Origin: Monocercomonoides exilis PA203
Taxonomy: Eukaryota > Protista > Preaxostyla
Length of the DNA stretch: 64,000 nt
Direction: 5' to 3'
Assembly (NCBI GenBank): GCA_001643675.2
Contig: LSRY02000034.1
Span: 186,001 to 250,000 of the forward strand
Both the position numbers and the translations under genes were made by a program. Each line of letters begins with the position of its first letter. Positions within the stretch are counted from its first letter, which is position 1. The notes beneath the pieces were generated by a model. It saw nothing but the letters and a program-made list of their open reading frames with translations, did no database searches and was not told the DNA's origin. Positions 13,337-26,427 of this stretch are shown one piece after another.

Positions 13337-13470
13337 CGCCAAGACATATTCATGTGGTTAGACGAACGCACAAGCTAACCACAGCCAGCTGTCTTGGAAC
13401 TTGCCACAGCTTCTGCATTTCTCACGCTTTGCGAGTGACTTCTTATGAAAAAAAGGCAATGTTCTAGACA
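13337..13470. ncRNA. Candidate structured RNA (two bulged hairpins), family unknown
   Basis: CCAAGACA(13339-46)/TGTCTTGG(13390-97) encloses TGTGGTTAG(13353-61)/CTAACCACA(13375-83). A second stem AACTTGCC(13398-405)/GGCAA-T-GTT(13455-63) follows. It is a GC-richer island in an AT-rich spacer. Confidence 0.3.
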
Positions 13471-14398
13471 GAAAAGGAAAAGGGATAAATTCTAAAAAGG
13501 GGAAGAAGAAGAAGAAGAAGAATTGAGAAAGAATAACAAGAAAGACGAATTCAGGCTAATGTGAAAAGAATAGGTGAATCGTAATGCAAAAAAGAAACAA
13601 AGAAGAAGATTGACAAAAGAATACTCATATTGAAATTTTTGAATAAAAAATTGGAGAAATTTTATGTTCATAAAAAAAATTGAAGGTGTTAGGTAACATC
13701 TGTTAAATTGACAATAATGAAACTTTGTAATGATAATGATAATTATTTTTATTATTTCAAAATATTGATTCTTTCAATATGCATTCACATGTCAATCTCT
13801 TTCAAATAACGCACTAGAAGAAAATTACACAAGAACTTCAAAGAGGGTGAAAAAAAGGCAAAGATAAAAATGAGGGGGGAAAATCGTTAAAGATAACTTC
13901 AAGTGTATCAAGATATAAATAGAATGAATTATTGAAACTTTCATTTTCCTTCTCTTCCCACCTTTCTCGAATGAAAAAAAAAGCATATTTTGATGTTCTT
14001 TTCATGAAAACAGCAGGAAAAAATGAAGGAAAAGAGTCGAAACGGTGAGGAGGGGGGATAAAGGGTGAATACGAATTCTTATGAAACTGTAGCTAAATTT
14101 ACAATAATTAACTCGAAAGAAAACAGGAACGAGCTAACTAATTCGAAAAAAATAGTTAAAACCATAAATATGTAGATTGCAAGTCAAAACGCAATACCAA
14201 AACACATAAATTTCAACATTAAAACGATTGTTGCGCTTTAACTTAATTCTAATTCAACAAACAAAAAAGAGTGAAAAAAACAGAAAAATAGAGAGAAAGA
14301 GTGAGAGAAAGAGAAAGATAGAAAGAAGCAAAGCAATTGATAATTAATTTTTTTTTTTGAAAACGGACTTTTTCTTTTCTTAATTGTCATTTAGAAGC

Positions 14399-15690
14399 TT
14401 AAACGACGGTTTTTGGAGCATTTTTTTGCTTTTCCAAAATATTTAAATACGAATAGATGAACACTCCGCTGACTGTAATAATCATTCCAATGATCTTTCT
14501 GAGAGAAAGGGTTTCTTTGAACAAGAGCGTTCCCAGAACAAGAATTGACACAGTCTTGAGATTGGACACAACACTATAACTGTAATGAAACAAAAAAAAT
14601 GTTGGGTTTTTGTTTTTTTGAAACATAAATTAGAGATAGAAATAATGTTAACGTTGAATTATAAATTCAAATAAAATGATAAATAAATAAATAAATAAAT
14701 TTTTCGCTTTTTATAACAAAGAAGCAAACGTCAATGCTGAAGTCCTGCGAGTAACCACAAACAATGAGATGTTCACCCCAACAGAAAGTGTTGCAGTCAC
14801 AAGGATTGCAGCCTACATAAATTTGTGAAAAATAAACAATTCGGTTCAATGAGGACAAATATTTTTGTATGCAATAAAAATAATTTAATAATAATGCATA
14901 CGACAATTGTTGGAGTATATGTAACATTCCAAATACTGGAAGGATCAGTAAAGCTGTAATTTTCTTGAAATGCAACAAATGAAAGCAAAAGCAAAGCAGA
15001 AATTGGAGTTTCAAAAAGAAGAATCTGATATTCATTGCAGTTGAGCTCTGTTTGCTTTGAGCGAGACATTATTACATACAATGCAGAAGCAAATGCACCT
15101 GAAGCACCAATAATAAATCCTTTAATATTCTAAAAATGAAAATAAAATTGTATTTTTTAAATTTTTATTAATCTTGGTTTAACGTACCATTGAAAAATCT
15201 TGAACGGTGCAAAGGCCTATTCCAACCATGATAACGAGAAGAGAAGCTTGAATTGGCACAGGGAATCTCTTTTTGTAGAAAATAAATTCGATCAAGCAGA
15301 CGCAAGGCATTGCTGCTATTTTCATTGTTTGATAAAATCCGACCTATTGAAGAAAAGAAATATGATCATAAAACAATTATTGAATGAAGGAATTCATACA
15401 GAATTGTATTGAATGGATAGGTTGTTCAAAACAATGCTTGCGCAAAATGATATTGAAAGTGGTAAAACTTTTCTTATTGACAACCACTTGAATTGAAATA
15501 CTTTGAGAAGGCATAGCATGCAAAGCACAGAAAATGTTGTAAAAAAGTGAATCATTGTCAAAGTCGTTCCAAATGGCCATTGTTTAAATGCAAATTTGTT
15601 TACTAGCACGACGGAAACACAGCAGAACCAATTTAAAAATAATGGAGTTGCAATTTGAACGTTGGAATAATGTTCTTTTTCTGAATTCAT
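14399..15690 (-). CDS. Nucleotide-sugar/triose-phosphate transporter family (SLC35E-like), multi-exon
   Basis: Multiple TM segments; 'SVVLVNK', 'TLTMIHF', 'NNLSIQYNSV|GFYQ..K', 'YSVVSNLKTV', 'G..IT..GVFIYS'. Confidence 0.85.
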
Positions 15691-15773
15691 TTGTACCTAT
15701 CCTATGGGTTTGATCTTTTTTATCCATAATGCAAGTTTTGAAAAAAACATAATTTATTTCCTTTATTAGTTTT

Positions 15774-17585
15774 ATGAATTTTGCAATTCCTAAAACTAAA
15801 TCTCAATTAACTTCATTTTCTTTGACATGGAATTTGTACGGAAAAGTATGTGCAATTGCTTTTTCGCAAAATTTCAAATTTTCGACTTTTTGAGCAGGTA
15901 CCAACTGAAGAAATGCTAGACTTTATCCCTTTTGGTCGTTACGATATTTATGCAATCGGAACAGAGGAGTGCGAACGAAGCATATCGGTTTAATTATCAT
16001 TTTTGGGATTATTTATCACTTTTCTTGTTTGGTTAAATGAATGTAGTCTTCTATTTTTTTTGAAAAAAAAGCAAAATGGGAAGCATTGCTCCTTAAACAT
16101 TTCGAAAAACATCACTACGTGCCTGTTAGGATGTGCACTTTGGTTGCAATACATATTGGAGTATTTATCAGAGCCCGTCTTTTTCCTGAAATAACTTGCA
16201 TTAGAAGTGGGAGCATTGCAACAGGCTTCAAAAACATTATAGGTAACAAGGGAGCAGTTGCTGTAGCATTTTGCTATCATGGATATTCGTTTCTTTTCCT
16301 TTGCTCTCATTTTGAAGCAAAGCAAGACAAAGTCGCAAAGCGAAACGAGAACTACCACCGAATACAAAACAGCCTCCAGCTCAGCCCCTGCCAGCACGAG
16401 ATCACTTCTTCGCCTTCGGAGCCTCTGCATTTAAAGCGGCCTTCTGTCTGGCCGCCGGAGCCGACGCGTGCTTCTGACAAGCCCCAGCGGATATTTCCGC
16501 GTTCTTTGACACCGCCTCCTCGAATGATTGCGCTGTTTCGCCACGACCCTGATCCAGTTCTGTGTGATGATAACACTAATAACATCAGCAGCCTTTTGCA
16601 GTTGGCACTTGCGAATCCATCGCAGTCTGCGTTTCCTTCGCATTCTCCTTCTCCTTATCCTTCTCCTTCGTTGTCGTCTTCATCATCATCATCATCTTCT
16701 TCTTCTTCTTCTTCTCCTCCTCCTCCTCCTCCTCCTCCTCCTACTGCTCTTCCTCCCTCCTCCTCTTCTTATTCTTCTTCAATTGCTTCGTCAAGCGACG
16801 CATCATCAAACCGGATGATAAATTTGACTCCAATGCAAGAAACGCCTTCATCAGCAGAAGCAGCAACAATGAAAGCAACAACTAGCTCATCTTCTTCTTC
16901 ACCATCTTCTACTTCTTCCTCCTCCTCCTCCTCCTCCTCCTCTTCCTTTCCTTCTCCAACTTCCTCTCCATTCCCATCTCCATTCCCATCTTCAAACAAT
17001 AATCAAACTGCGTTTTTGAATCAATCAGTCGATTTGAGTGGAACGCTTTCAGACACAAAGACTCTTCTGCCACATTCTCTTCTGTTTCAACAACAACAAC
17101 AACAACTGCAGCAGCAGCAGCAGCTTGGAAACACTTCATTTAGCTTTGTTGTTCCTAATTCTTCTTCTTCTGCTTCTTCTTCTTCTTCTTCTTCTTCCAT
17201 TTCATCATCATCTTCCTCCTCATCCTCTTCTCCTTCTTCCTCCTCATCCTCTTCTTCTTCCTCTCCTTTCCCTTCTCCTTTCCCTTCTCTTTCTTACTCT
17301 CTTGCACATCAACATTCAACAAGCGCTTTGCCTCTTTCAAACACCTCACACAACATTTCAAGCATTTCGATTGAATCTCCTTCTTCTTCCTCTTCCTCTT
17401 CTTCTTTTCTCTCTTCCACACTTGGTGACAATCAAATAGAGTTTACATCTTCTTCCACTTCCTCCTCCTGTTCTTCTTCTTCTTCTTCTTCTTCTTCTCC
17501 AGCAACCGCTGCCTCTACAATTGCTAAAGCACATTCATTCCACAACACACACGTATCTTGTTTGCCTTCTATTTCATCATCATCA

Positions 17586-17616
<31 letters not shown>

Positions 17617-19061
17617 CTTCTTCTTCTTCTTCTTCTTCTTCCTCTTCCCCTTCTTCCTCTTCTTCTTCCTCTTCCTCCTCCTCTTCTTCTTCTTCTTCTT
17701 CTTCTTCCTCTCTCTCTCCTCTCTCCATCTCTCTCAACACTCAACTCCGCCCCATCAAAGGAAGCAGGCCAAGCACAGCTCAAACAAAACAGTCGAGAAA
17801 ATTGATAAGTCCTCCTATTGCAAACGTGCCTTTACTCACTTCTCCTCTTTTCTTCGGAAATTCTTCTTCTTCTTCTTTTTCACCTTCTTCTTCTTCACCT
17901 TCTTCTTCTTCCCCTTCTGCTTCGTCACAGTTTCCTCTTCCTCTTCCTCTTCCTCTTTCGGTTCCTTCTCCTTCTTCCACCCCTTCATCTCTTTCTTCTC
18001 GTTCCTCGTTTTCTTCAAATTTTTCCTCTTTCTCTTCCTCCTCCTCCTCCTCCTCCTCCTCTCCTTCTTCTTCTTCTTCATTCACCTCTTCCTTTTTCAG
18101 CCCTCGTTTTTCTCCTCTTTCTGCTCCTCTTTCTTCTTCTCCTCTTCTTCTTCCTCAAAATTCACTAAACATTTCAAGCAATCCACATCATCATCTGCCT
18201 TCCATTTCATCTGCTTCTTCGAATTCTTCTTCTTCTTCTTCTTTAAATTCTTCTTCTAATGTAATTCCAGTTCCTCTTTCTCAACCTCTTCCTCTCCCTC
18301 CTCTTCGTTCTTCATCTCCTTCTTCTTCTTCTTCTTCTTCTTCTTCTTCAAATTCTTCTTCAAACAACATATCAAAATCAAATTCTAACACAAATCTTCT
18401 TTTATCATCATCAACAACAACAACTTCTTCCTCCTCTTCCTCTTCTCTTTCTTCTTCTTCTCCTTCTTCTTCTTCCTCTTCTTCTTCTCTTTCCTCCCGC
18501 CAATCATATCAATCATATCAAACAAATCAAACAAATCAATCGTATCAGCCATTCCATTCTTTTCATTCGCCTCGTTTCTCTTCTCTTTCTAACAAGAATA
18601 AAATGATTGTGTTGAAGCCATTGGCAGATGGTTTGTGTTCTGCTGATGATTTCAAAGAGAAAAATCAAAAAATGAAGAAGAAGGAGGAGGAGGAGGAAGA
18701 GGAAATGAAGAAGGAAATGAAGAAGATGAAGAAAGAAGAAGAAGAAGAAGAAGAGAAAGGGAATGAAAAAGAAGAAGGAGAAGAAGGAGAAGAAGAAGGA
18801 GAAGAAGAAATGCAACTTCTTTGCCATTCAGCTACTCCTCCTCCAATCAGAACTCTTTCTCCAATGATGGCTCATCCAAATGCTGCTGTTGATGCTTCTT
18901 CTTCTTCTTCTTCTTCTTCAACTGCTTCTTCTCTTTCTCCTTCTCAAAGTCCACTTTCTTCATCTTCATCATCATCATCTTCTTCTTCTTCTTCTTCGAA
19001 TTATTCTTCATCTTCCTCTTCCTCTTCTTCCTCTTCTTCCTCTTCTTCCTCTTCTTCCTCT

Positions 19062-19097
<36 letters not shown>

Positions 19098-19856
19098 CTT
19101 TCCTCCTGCCACTGCCCCTGTTCACTTCTCCTCACGAACCGCTTCCACTTTGTCATTTGGATGGGCGATTTGAACTATCGAATCGATGGCTCCTTTCCTC
19201 TTGTGATCCATCTGATGAAGAGGGGAGAATACGATGTGCTTTTGAGCAACGACCAATTGACAGCTGAGCGAAGGAAAGGGAATGTGTTTAAAGAAGGTTT
19301 TGTAGAGGCGCCGCTGCTGTTTCCGCCGACGTATAAGCTTGTGCCGAGGGAAAAGAAGAGGAGGAAGAAAGAGGAGGAGGAGGAGGAGGAGAAAGGAGAA
19401 GAAGAAGGAGAAGGAGAAGAAGGAGAAGAAGGGAGAGAAAATCAAAAGCAAATGAATATTTCGAATAAAGAAAAGTCATTGAAAAGTGGAAGAGAGGAAG
19501 ACAAAGGGTGGAGTGGATATGACATTAAAGCAGACAGGATTCCTGCGTGGACTGATCGCATTCTTTGGAAGGTCGGGGGCAAAATGGCAATACAGCTGGA
19601 TAATGTTGCCACAAATTCTGATAAAAAACAGAAATTTTTAAATAAGAAAGAAAATAAAAATAAAAATGGGTTCAAAAATAGAGAGGAGGAAGAAAAATCA
19701 TGGGAAGGAAGGAAATTTATTGTGAGGACAAAAAATGGGGGTAGGCAGCAGCTGAAAGAGTGGAGAACATCAGTGCTTTACTACAATGCCTGCTTTGATG
19801 CGGATATTTCGGATCATCGGCCAGTTTTTGCTGCTCATAAGTTTTCGTTTTTATGA
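15774..19856 (+). CDS. Inositol polyphosphate 5-phosphatase with very large low-complexity insertions
   Basis: Exon 1 'MNFAIPK..SLTWNLYGK', exon 2 'YDIYAIGTEE', then GNKGAV, FLCSHF, WMGDLNYR, PPTYK, PAWTDRILW and SDHRPV. Confidence 0.92.
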
Positions 19857-20569
19857 TTGGAAAATAGTTATCATTGATTTATCTCAATTTTTTCATCTTG
19901 AATTTATATTCGTCCTAATCTATTTGTGTTATGTATGAAAATGCAACTAATTTTTTTTTTCGAATATTTATTATTTATTTATATGAATTTGTTAGTATTG
20001 AGGAATTATTTTATTTATTTGTTTATTTTGATGTATTACGCTAAAAATAATTCGAAATGAGAATTTTTGCATTCAAAATAACAATTTTTTCAAACAAATG
20101 GGACGAAATTTTTAGCATTATGAATTTTGTTCCACCAATTTTTTTTTTGATGTTTTTATCAATTTTCTTTTATATCCTTCATAATTAAGTATGGGAATGT
20201 TTGACTTTTTATGATATGATGGAGAAAAAGTTTGGAACAAAACAAAGTTTTTTTCACAAAAGAAACAATTTCGCTCCAAATTAATAAGCCGAAAATTATA
20301 CAGACTCGAAAGACTTTTATTCAAAGTCGAAAAAAGTGGATAAAAAATATGAGTTTTGCCATTCAAAACATTAATATAAAAATTTCTTTTTTATTTCTTT
20401 TCTTTATTATTGTTGTTTTTATTTTCTTGAAGCAAATAAATATCAAATACAAATTGTTGTTGAACAATAGCAAAGAATCAAATAGTTCAAAAACAGTTTT
20501 ATTTTTTATTCACAATTGAATTATTATCACTTTTTTGTTATTCAAAAAGGAGAAAATAACAAAAACAAA

Positions 20570-21460
20570 TGGGGGGAAAATATGAACATTCAACCTTTTT
20601 TTGCACAAGGCATTGAAAAATTGCTTCACATATAACTTTATTTCACTTTCTCAGATTTCAAAATAAATTTGTTTTTCATGTACGAAAACAGGCATCATTG
20701 AAATTGAAACATAAATCATTGCGTCATTTCACGAATTTCAAAAAAACGACCCATTTTTATTGTGTCTTTTAAATTCAAAAAGTTAAAAAGAAGTGCAAAA
20801 TTTTTCTATGAAAATGCCTGAAGTGAAATATTTTTCGCCAAATGAAAAAAATTCAGTTTTGTTTGGTTATTACACTGTGAAAACAATTATTTCGATTTCT
20901 GACAAATGAAAAACCACTTTGATAAGCATAGTCAAAATCTGCTTTATCACAAGGCAAAAAACCACTATCTGATGGATTCATTTGAAAATGTGCGAATCCT
21001 GGAATGAGTGGACAATCAGAATCAAATGTTATCACATCGGTTTTTGCACAACATTTTGTGACTGCGTCTGATTGTGATTATACACGATGTCACTTGACAT
21101 TGAGAATACTAATAATAAATAAATTAATTAATTTGTTTTAGATCGATTTTTCCATATTAAAGATTCTTCATAAATACACTTTTTTCAATTGGGGGAAAAT
21201 ATTTTTCTTCAGGCATTTTCATTGAATAATCATGCGCTTCAGATATACTTTTTGTGAACAAAAATTTTCAACAAAATTGGTTCATTTTTCGAAACATGTT
21301 TATGTTCACAAAGCATAATGTTATTATATCAATGATGTTTGTTAACAGACATGAAAATCTTATTTATTTTGAAAATTAGATAAAGTTTCAAAATGTTATA
21401 AGTGAAACAAAACTTTCATGTGTTGTGCATAAAAAGCTTGAAAGTCCAAATTTTCCCACA
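20570..21460. repeat. Degenerate ~280-bp inverted repeat pair (old foldback/MITE-like element)
   Basis: 20810-20851 'gaaaatgcctgaagtgaaatatttttcgccaaatgaaaaaa' is the near reverse complement of 21180-21220 'ttttttcaattgggggaaaatatttttcttcaggcattttc'. Similarity continues outward (ttttgcacaa ~20600 / ttgtgcataaaa ~21425). Confidence 0.65.
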
Positions 21461-21717
21461 AATAAGAGTTTAATAATTTTCCATCCAAAAATACTCAAAA
21501 AATCTTATAGCGAGAGGAAAAAACCGTTCGCTTTTCATTATCTTTCGAATAAAATTTCCACATATTTGAAATTAATAGATTATTTCGAAAGAAAATGTCA
21601 AGTGTGAAAGTTTCTTCCCATTGGTGGTTTTTCACTCGCTGAAATTTTTGAAACGAATTGAAAGATATTTGAAAACACAGAAAATGAAAAAAAGATTCCC
21701 CACTATATCTTCTTTTG

Positions 21718-24700
21718 TAGACCTGTGCGACAAGTGGCTAAATTTGTCAGTAACTGACACAGGTGACCGACAGGTCAATTATTACTGATCACAACCATTG
21801 TTTTTTTTATTATTTTCATTTTTGGGAGTATTTTTTCGAATATAAAAATAAAATGTTTTAATAATTTTTTTTTCAAATAATTGACAGAATGTTTCATGTT
21901 CCAACAAAAATTTCAAATTTTGTTGGAACATGGCAGGAAATATTTGGTTCAACAAAATGAAATAAAGAAAGAAAACTGAAAGAGAAGAAAAGAAATCAAT
22001 AGAATTTTTATCTTTGTCGAAAATGATCAAAAATATTTGATAAAGAAATATTGAATATTTTTTTCAATATTTTAGAAAATTCAATTAATCAAATTTTCCA
22101 AAATATATTTTTCGCTGACATGATCAGTGAAACAAGGAATTAAATATGCCACTGGTTGTCACTTCTGTCACTGACATTACGTTTTGTCAATGAAATAAAC
22201 AAGTTCGAAAAGGAAACAGAATAACAAAATTACTAGTCGAGCATATGAAATGTTTGAGATTTCATTTTTCCATCAATTACAACCATAACTTTTCATTTGA
22301 TATCTTGTTGTCCTTCTTTTTAAAAGCAAAAAGCATATACATATTCAAAAAAATATCTGAAGAATGCATGTGGGAAGACATTTTCTTTAAACGATTGTTT
22401 GAAGATGGATATATTTGTCAATTTCATTATTTCATTAATTTTTTTTTGTTTGACTCATTTTTCAATTTTCTTCATGTGATGTGATTTTATCCTTGAAAAT
22501 GCATATCTTATTTTATTATGAAAACATGTCTTTCAAAGTTTTTGAATGTTCGTTCCGGATCTTTTTCGAAATAAAGGATGAAATTCTTATTTTTTAAATG
22601 GAAGAAAAAAGCATTATCAATGACTTAATGGAGCATTTGAACAAGTGATGAAGATAAAAGTGTGTGCAGCCCTTGGACAAAGAAATCGAACAAATTCACT
22701 CATATGCAATAAGTGGGCAGAGTTTATTCTATTAGTTGAACAGAAAGTGCTGAATTTTAATCATAAAAATGTGTGTCATTCTAAGAAATTAATGAAATAA
22801 TGATCAATCAATACTTGCTAGGAGAATTCTGATTTTATTATATTTTTTTTTGATTGCTGGAAAATTGATATTTAAACAGAACATTCATTCAACTTCTCAG
22901 AATTCTTCACGAATGCAACACGATTCATGTTTGCTAGATAATTTATTCACATAGCTTATCATCCTCGATATAATTTTTCTTTCTTTGCACTCTCCATTCT
23001 TATGCAATGTGAAAATAAACAGATTCTATGAAAATAAATGGAAAGATTTAAAGAAATAATTCCAATTGAAAAGAATTGAGAAAAACCAGTATAAAAGAAT
23101 GAAATTTTTTAAAAGGAGAAGACGAAAGGCAGCTGGAAGTTATGAAAGAAAAATGAAGGATGGAATTCATTATTTTTTCCCCCGAAACGTGGAAGCAACA
23201 AATTTCTTGTAGATGTTTACTGAAGAAGAAAAGAATTGCGTGGAATAATCTTCAATGCAATTTTCTCTATATATTACTGTGATTGGGTTTCACTTCATTC
23301 TTTAAAGAAATTATTATTAATAAAAAAACATTCTCAAACCATCAAGCGCATGTTTTCAATTTTGTGAAATGAACAAGAAAGAAGACATTTTTGAGTCAAA
23401 AAATAAAATGAAATAGATCTGGTCAAACATTCACAAAATGATAAGAAATTTTCAATAACAAATCATCAATATTATTTTCTTCGTTAAAAAATCGAATCAA
23501 TTCTGGGATGCTAGCTACGATATCTTCGCATCCTTCTTCTGCCATCTTTTCAAAATACTTCATTTTTGTTTCCTTTCTTTTCTCTTCCTTCATTTTGTCT
23601 TTCTCCTCTTCTTTCAATCCACTTGAAATTTTCAAAAAAAAACTTCAATCCATTAAATGTCATTCCGTCATCCAACGTTGGCTGCTGAATCCCCTCAAAA
23701 ACAGCATCAACAGCTCTGCCTTTCAACAGGTCTTCAACTTGCACACCTTCACTTTTTGCTGCTTCAATTATATAAATGCACTGCTAGTTGATTTCTTTGT
23801 ATTTGACTCTTGATACTCCATGCACTCTTTCAACGCTGCTGAAAGATATAATAAATTCTTCATTCCATGATCAGTAATAGCAAAAATAATCTTCCAATGC
23901 CTAAAGCCATCTCATCAAAGCAAGCTCTTCTTTTGTCTCTTTTCCCTCTTTCTCCGCTTCCTTCTCTCTCTTCCAATCCGCACACTTCACCGACTCTTCC
24001 AACTCTCTTTCTCCCTCACGCACAAAATGCAGCTCATTCACAATCACTCCCACAAAGCTGCTGTTATTGAATAATCTTTTGATAAAAAACAGCCAAGCGA
24101 ACTGATAAGCAAGTTATGTCAGATTGTGATACTCCTGATGATTTGTGTTATCTCATTTAAATACAGCTCTTTTTTGATTTCCCAATCAGAGTCATATAAA
24201 AAAAATCAAATCGAAAAATAAGAAATATCAAAAATGAAAAAGAAGTACTCAAACGTGACATCCAATGTTGCTCAATACCTGCAATGCTATTTCCACTTCA
24301 TTTTGAATCTCCTCGTTTTCCTCTTTCTTCGATCCAACTTTCAGCAGACTGCGCACACTGACGGAAATCGATTCCAACGAAATTCTTACATTCAGAAAAA
24401 CACAGCATTCGCTGATATCAACAGGAAGCTTTTCATTTTTCCCATTCTTTCCCTTCTTTCCTTCAATTCTGATCATCTCTTTTATTCTTTTTTTCAACGA
24501 AGACTTTCTCAAGCAACAAATCCATATATTTTTAATGAAATTGCAATATTTCATGTGCTTCAGCAATACAAACGCATTTTCCAAACACATTTCCTTTTCT
24601 TCAATCATTTTGTTTATTTTATCATACGATTCAGCCTTGAAAATGGATATGAATTCTTCCTTATTCATTCCATGAACAATTTCATTCATTTCTTCGATCT

Positions 24701-25149
24701 TCTGCTTCTGTTCAGCCTCAGTGCAATGCTCAAGCTCAAGATTCAATTCCGAATAAAAAACAAGGAAAGAAATGCAATAACCATGAATTCAATAGCAATA
24801 ATGAATCCAAACCATTGAATTTTTATTTGGAATATATCTTACGCATTTTCATCATTGATTTCATTCAGGAAACGATATAATTTCTTCATAAATGTTGTAT
24901 TTGAACATGCTTGGATTTAATGAATTAAAGAAAAGCCGAATCAAAAATTGCTCATGACAACATTTGTGTTAGCACTTCTTATTAAAAGATAAATATGATT
25001 CACAACTCATTAGTTGTAAAATAATGTTTTATGAATCTGTTTATGTAATAATGGATTGAACGATCAATGATATAAAAAAAGAAATATTTGAAATAAAATT
25101 TAATTGAATTGTTTCATGCGACAAAAGCGATTTTGTGACATAAAAAACT

Positions 25150-25201
<52 letters not shown>

Positions 25202-25246
25202 TGACCGACAGCAACAAAAATTCGCTTGTCGTGTCGCACAGGTCTA
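21718..25246. mobile_element. Non-autonomous hAT-superfamily element (3.5 kb) carrying a host-family gene
   Basis: Perfect 15-bp TIR TAGACCTGTGCGACA (21718-32) / TGTCGCACAGGTCTA (25232-46); identical 8-bp TSD TTCTTTTG at 21710-17 and 25247-54. Confidence 0.9.
23423..24750 (-). pseudogene. Degenerate copy of a lineage-specific multicopy helical (ARM-like) protein family, inside the hAT element
   Basis: Colinear fragments 'ELEHC..QKQKIEEMNEI', 'KKEENEEIQNEVEIALQVLSNIG', 'VEDLLKGRAVDAVFEGIQQPTLDD' and 'FEKMAEEGCEDIVAS..HFVNV*', broken by stops and frameshifts. The family resemblance is from recall, not from a search. Confidence 0.7.
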
Positions 25247-25360
25247 TTCTTTTGAATTCGTTTACTACAAAAAATTTGATTTCGTTTTTTTATAAAAATA
25301 CGAAGGAAGAATTTTTAAGCAATTCTAAAGTGTGATCAGTCCCTTTACTCGATTTTTGAC

Positions 25361-26427
25361 ATGATTGGGCTTGATCAAATTGCTGATATAGTTCTTGGAC
25401 ATGATGAACTTCGAAAGTACTGGCCTTGGTATTTTGTAATATTGGCAGTGCATATTGTGATGCGTTATGTAACTACGCAAATTATTGCTGCTTATGTTAA
25501 AAAAACCGTGCCAAACGCAAAGCCTCATCATCCTTACAAAGCTGCTGGTATTTCTATTTCATCGATGCGCATTTACAAAATCTTTATTTGTTATATTATC
25601 AATGTGTAATATGAATTGTTATTGTCGATTTATATGAAATGCTTTTCATTTTTTAGATTCATTTTGGTTTGCAACGTATTATCTAATGACGTTCATTTGT
25701 GGAGCGAAAGTATTTATTAATGCAAACATGAATCCTTTTAAAATTATGAAACATCCGGAATTGCTTAACATGAAAGGGCCATTGCCACATTCTTTTATAT
25801 TTTTTGTTTTCAATGAAGCTGCACATTACACAACATGCTTGATCTACTATAACTTTGATAAAAGACAAAACCATTCTGATTGGTATATGATGCTTGGACA
25901 TCATTTTGCCACATTGTCTTTGATTTATCTTTCTGCCAGAATTCCAGAGTTTGATCATTTTACAGTTATTTAATTAATTCCACATTTGAAATAATTTAAG
26001 ATTCCAGCCAGGACTGATTTATTCTCTCTTTATTCATGATTTTGCAGATTTCTGGATGGAATATGCGAAATACTTCCGTTATCTTCAAAATAATGTGTAT
26101 TACTTCTTTTATTTAGTACTTGTTCCATCTTGGGGAATTCCAAGGTGCTTTATTTTCCCCGCTACCTCCATTCGTTGCTGCATCCAATATTTTGAGCGTA
26201 CGCCTCAGATCATTGCGTTAACAATTTTCGAAATCATAATTTGGATCATGGATTGTGTGTGGTGGTACATGATTCTTCTGATGCTTAAAAGAGCTCTGAC
26301 TGGCACTCTTAACAAAGATGTCAGGAGTGAAGATGAAGAAGACGTACCATTTGAGGAAAAAGAAGCAAAGAAACTTAAAACAAACTCGGAAAAATCAAAA
26401 AGAAGTTCTTCAATTAAAGGAGAATAA
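25361..26427 (+). CDS. Ceramide synthase (Lag1/TLC domain), multi-exon
   Basis: Lag1 motif 'R..SDWYMMLGHHFATLSLIYLS' ... 'LFIHDFADFWMEYAK'; C-terminal 'DVRSEDEED' typical of CerS. Confidence 0.85.

Noticed and set aside
6441-19675. Many overlapping poly-Phe/Leu/Lys/Arg ORFs in the ORF track
   Set aside because: They are alternative-frame or antisense shadows of TCT/GAA microsatellites in real genes.
25151-25199. Poly-T run (also 60526-60582) as a retroposon tail
   Set aside because: No associated TSD or RT sequence. Both runs lie near DNA-transposon ends, and the orientation and position do not fit a poly-A tail for the adjacent cargo.
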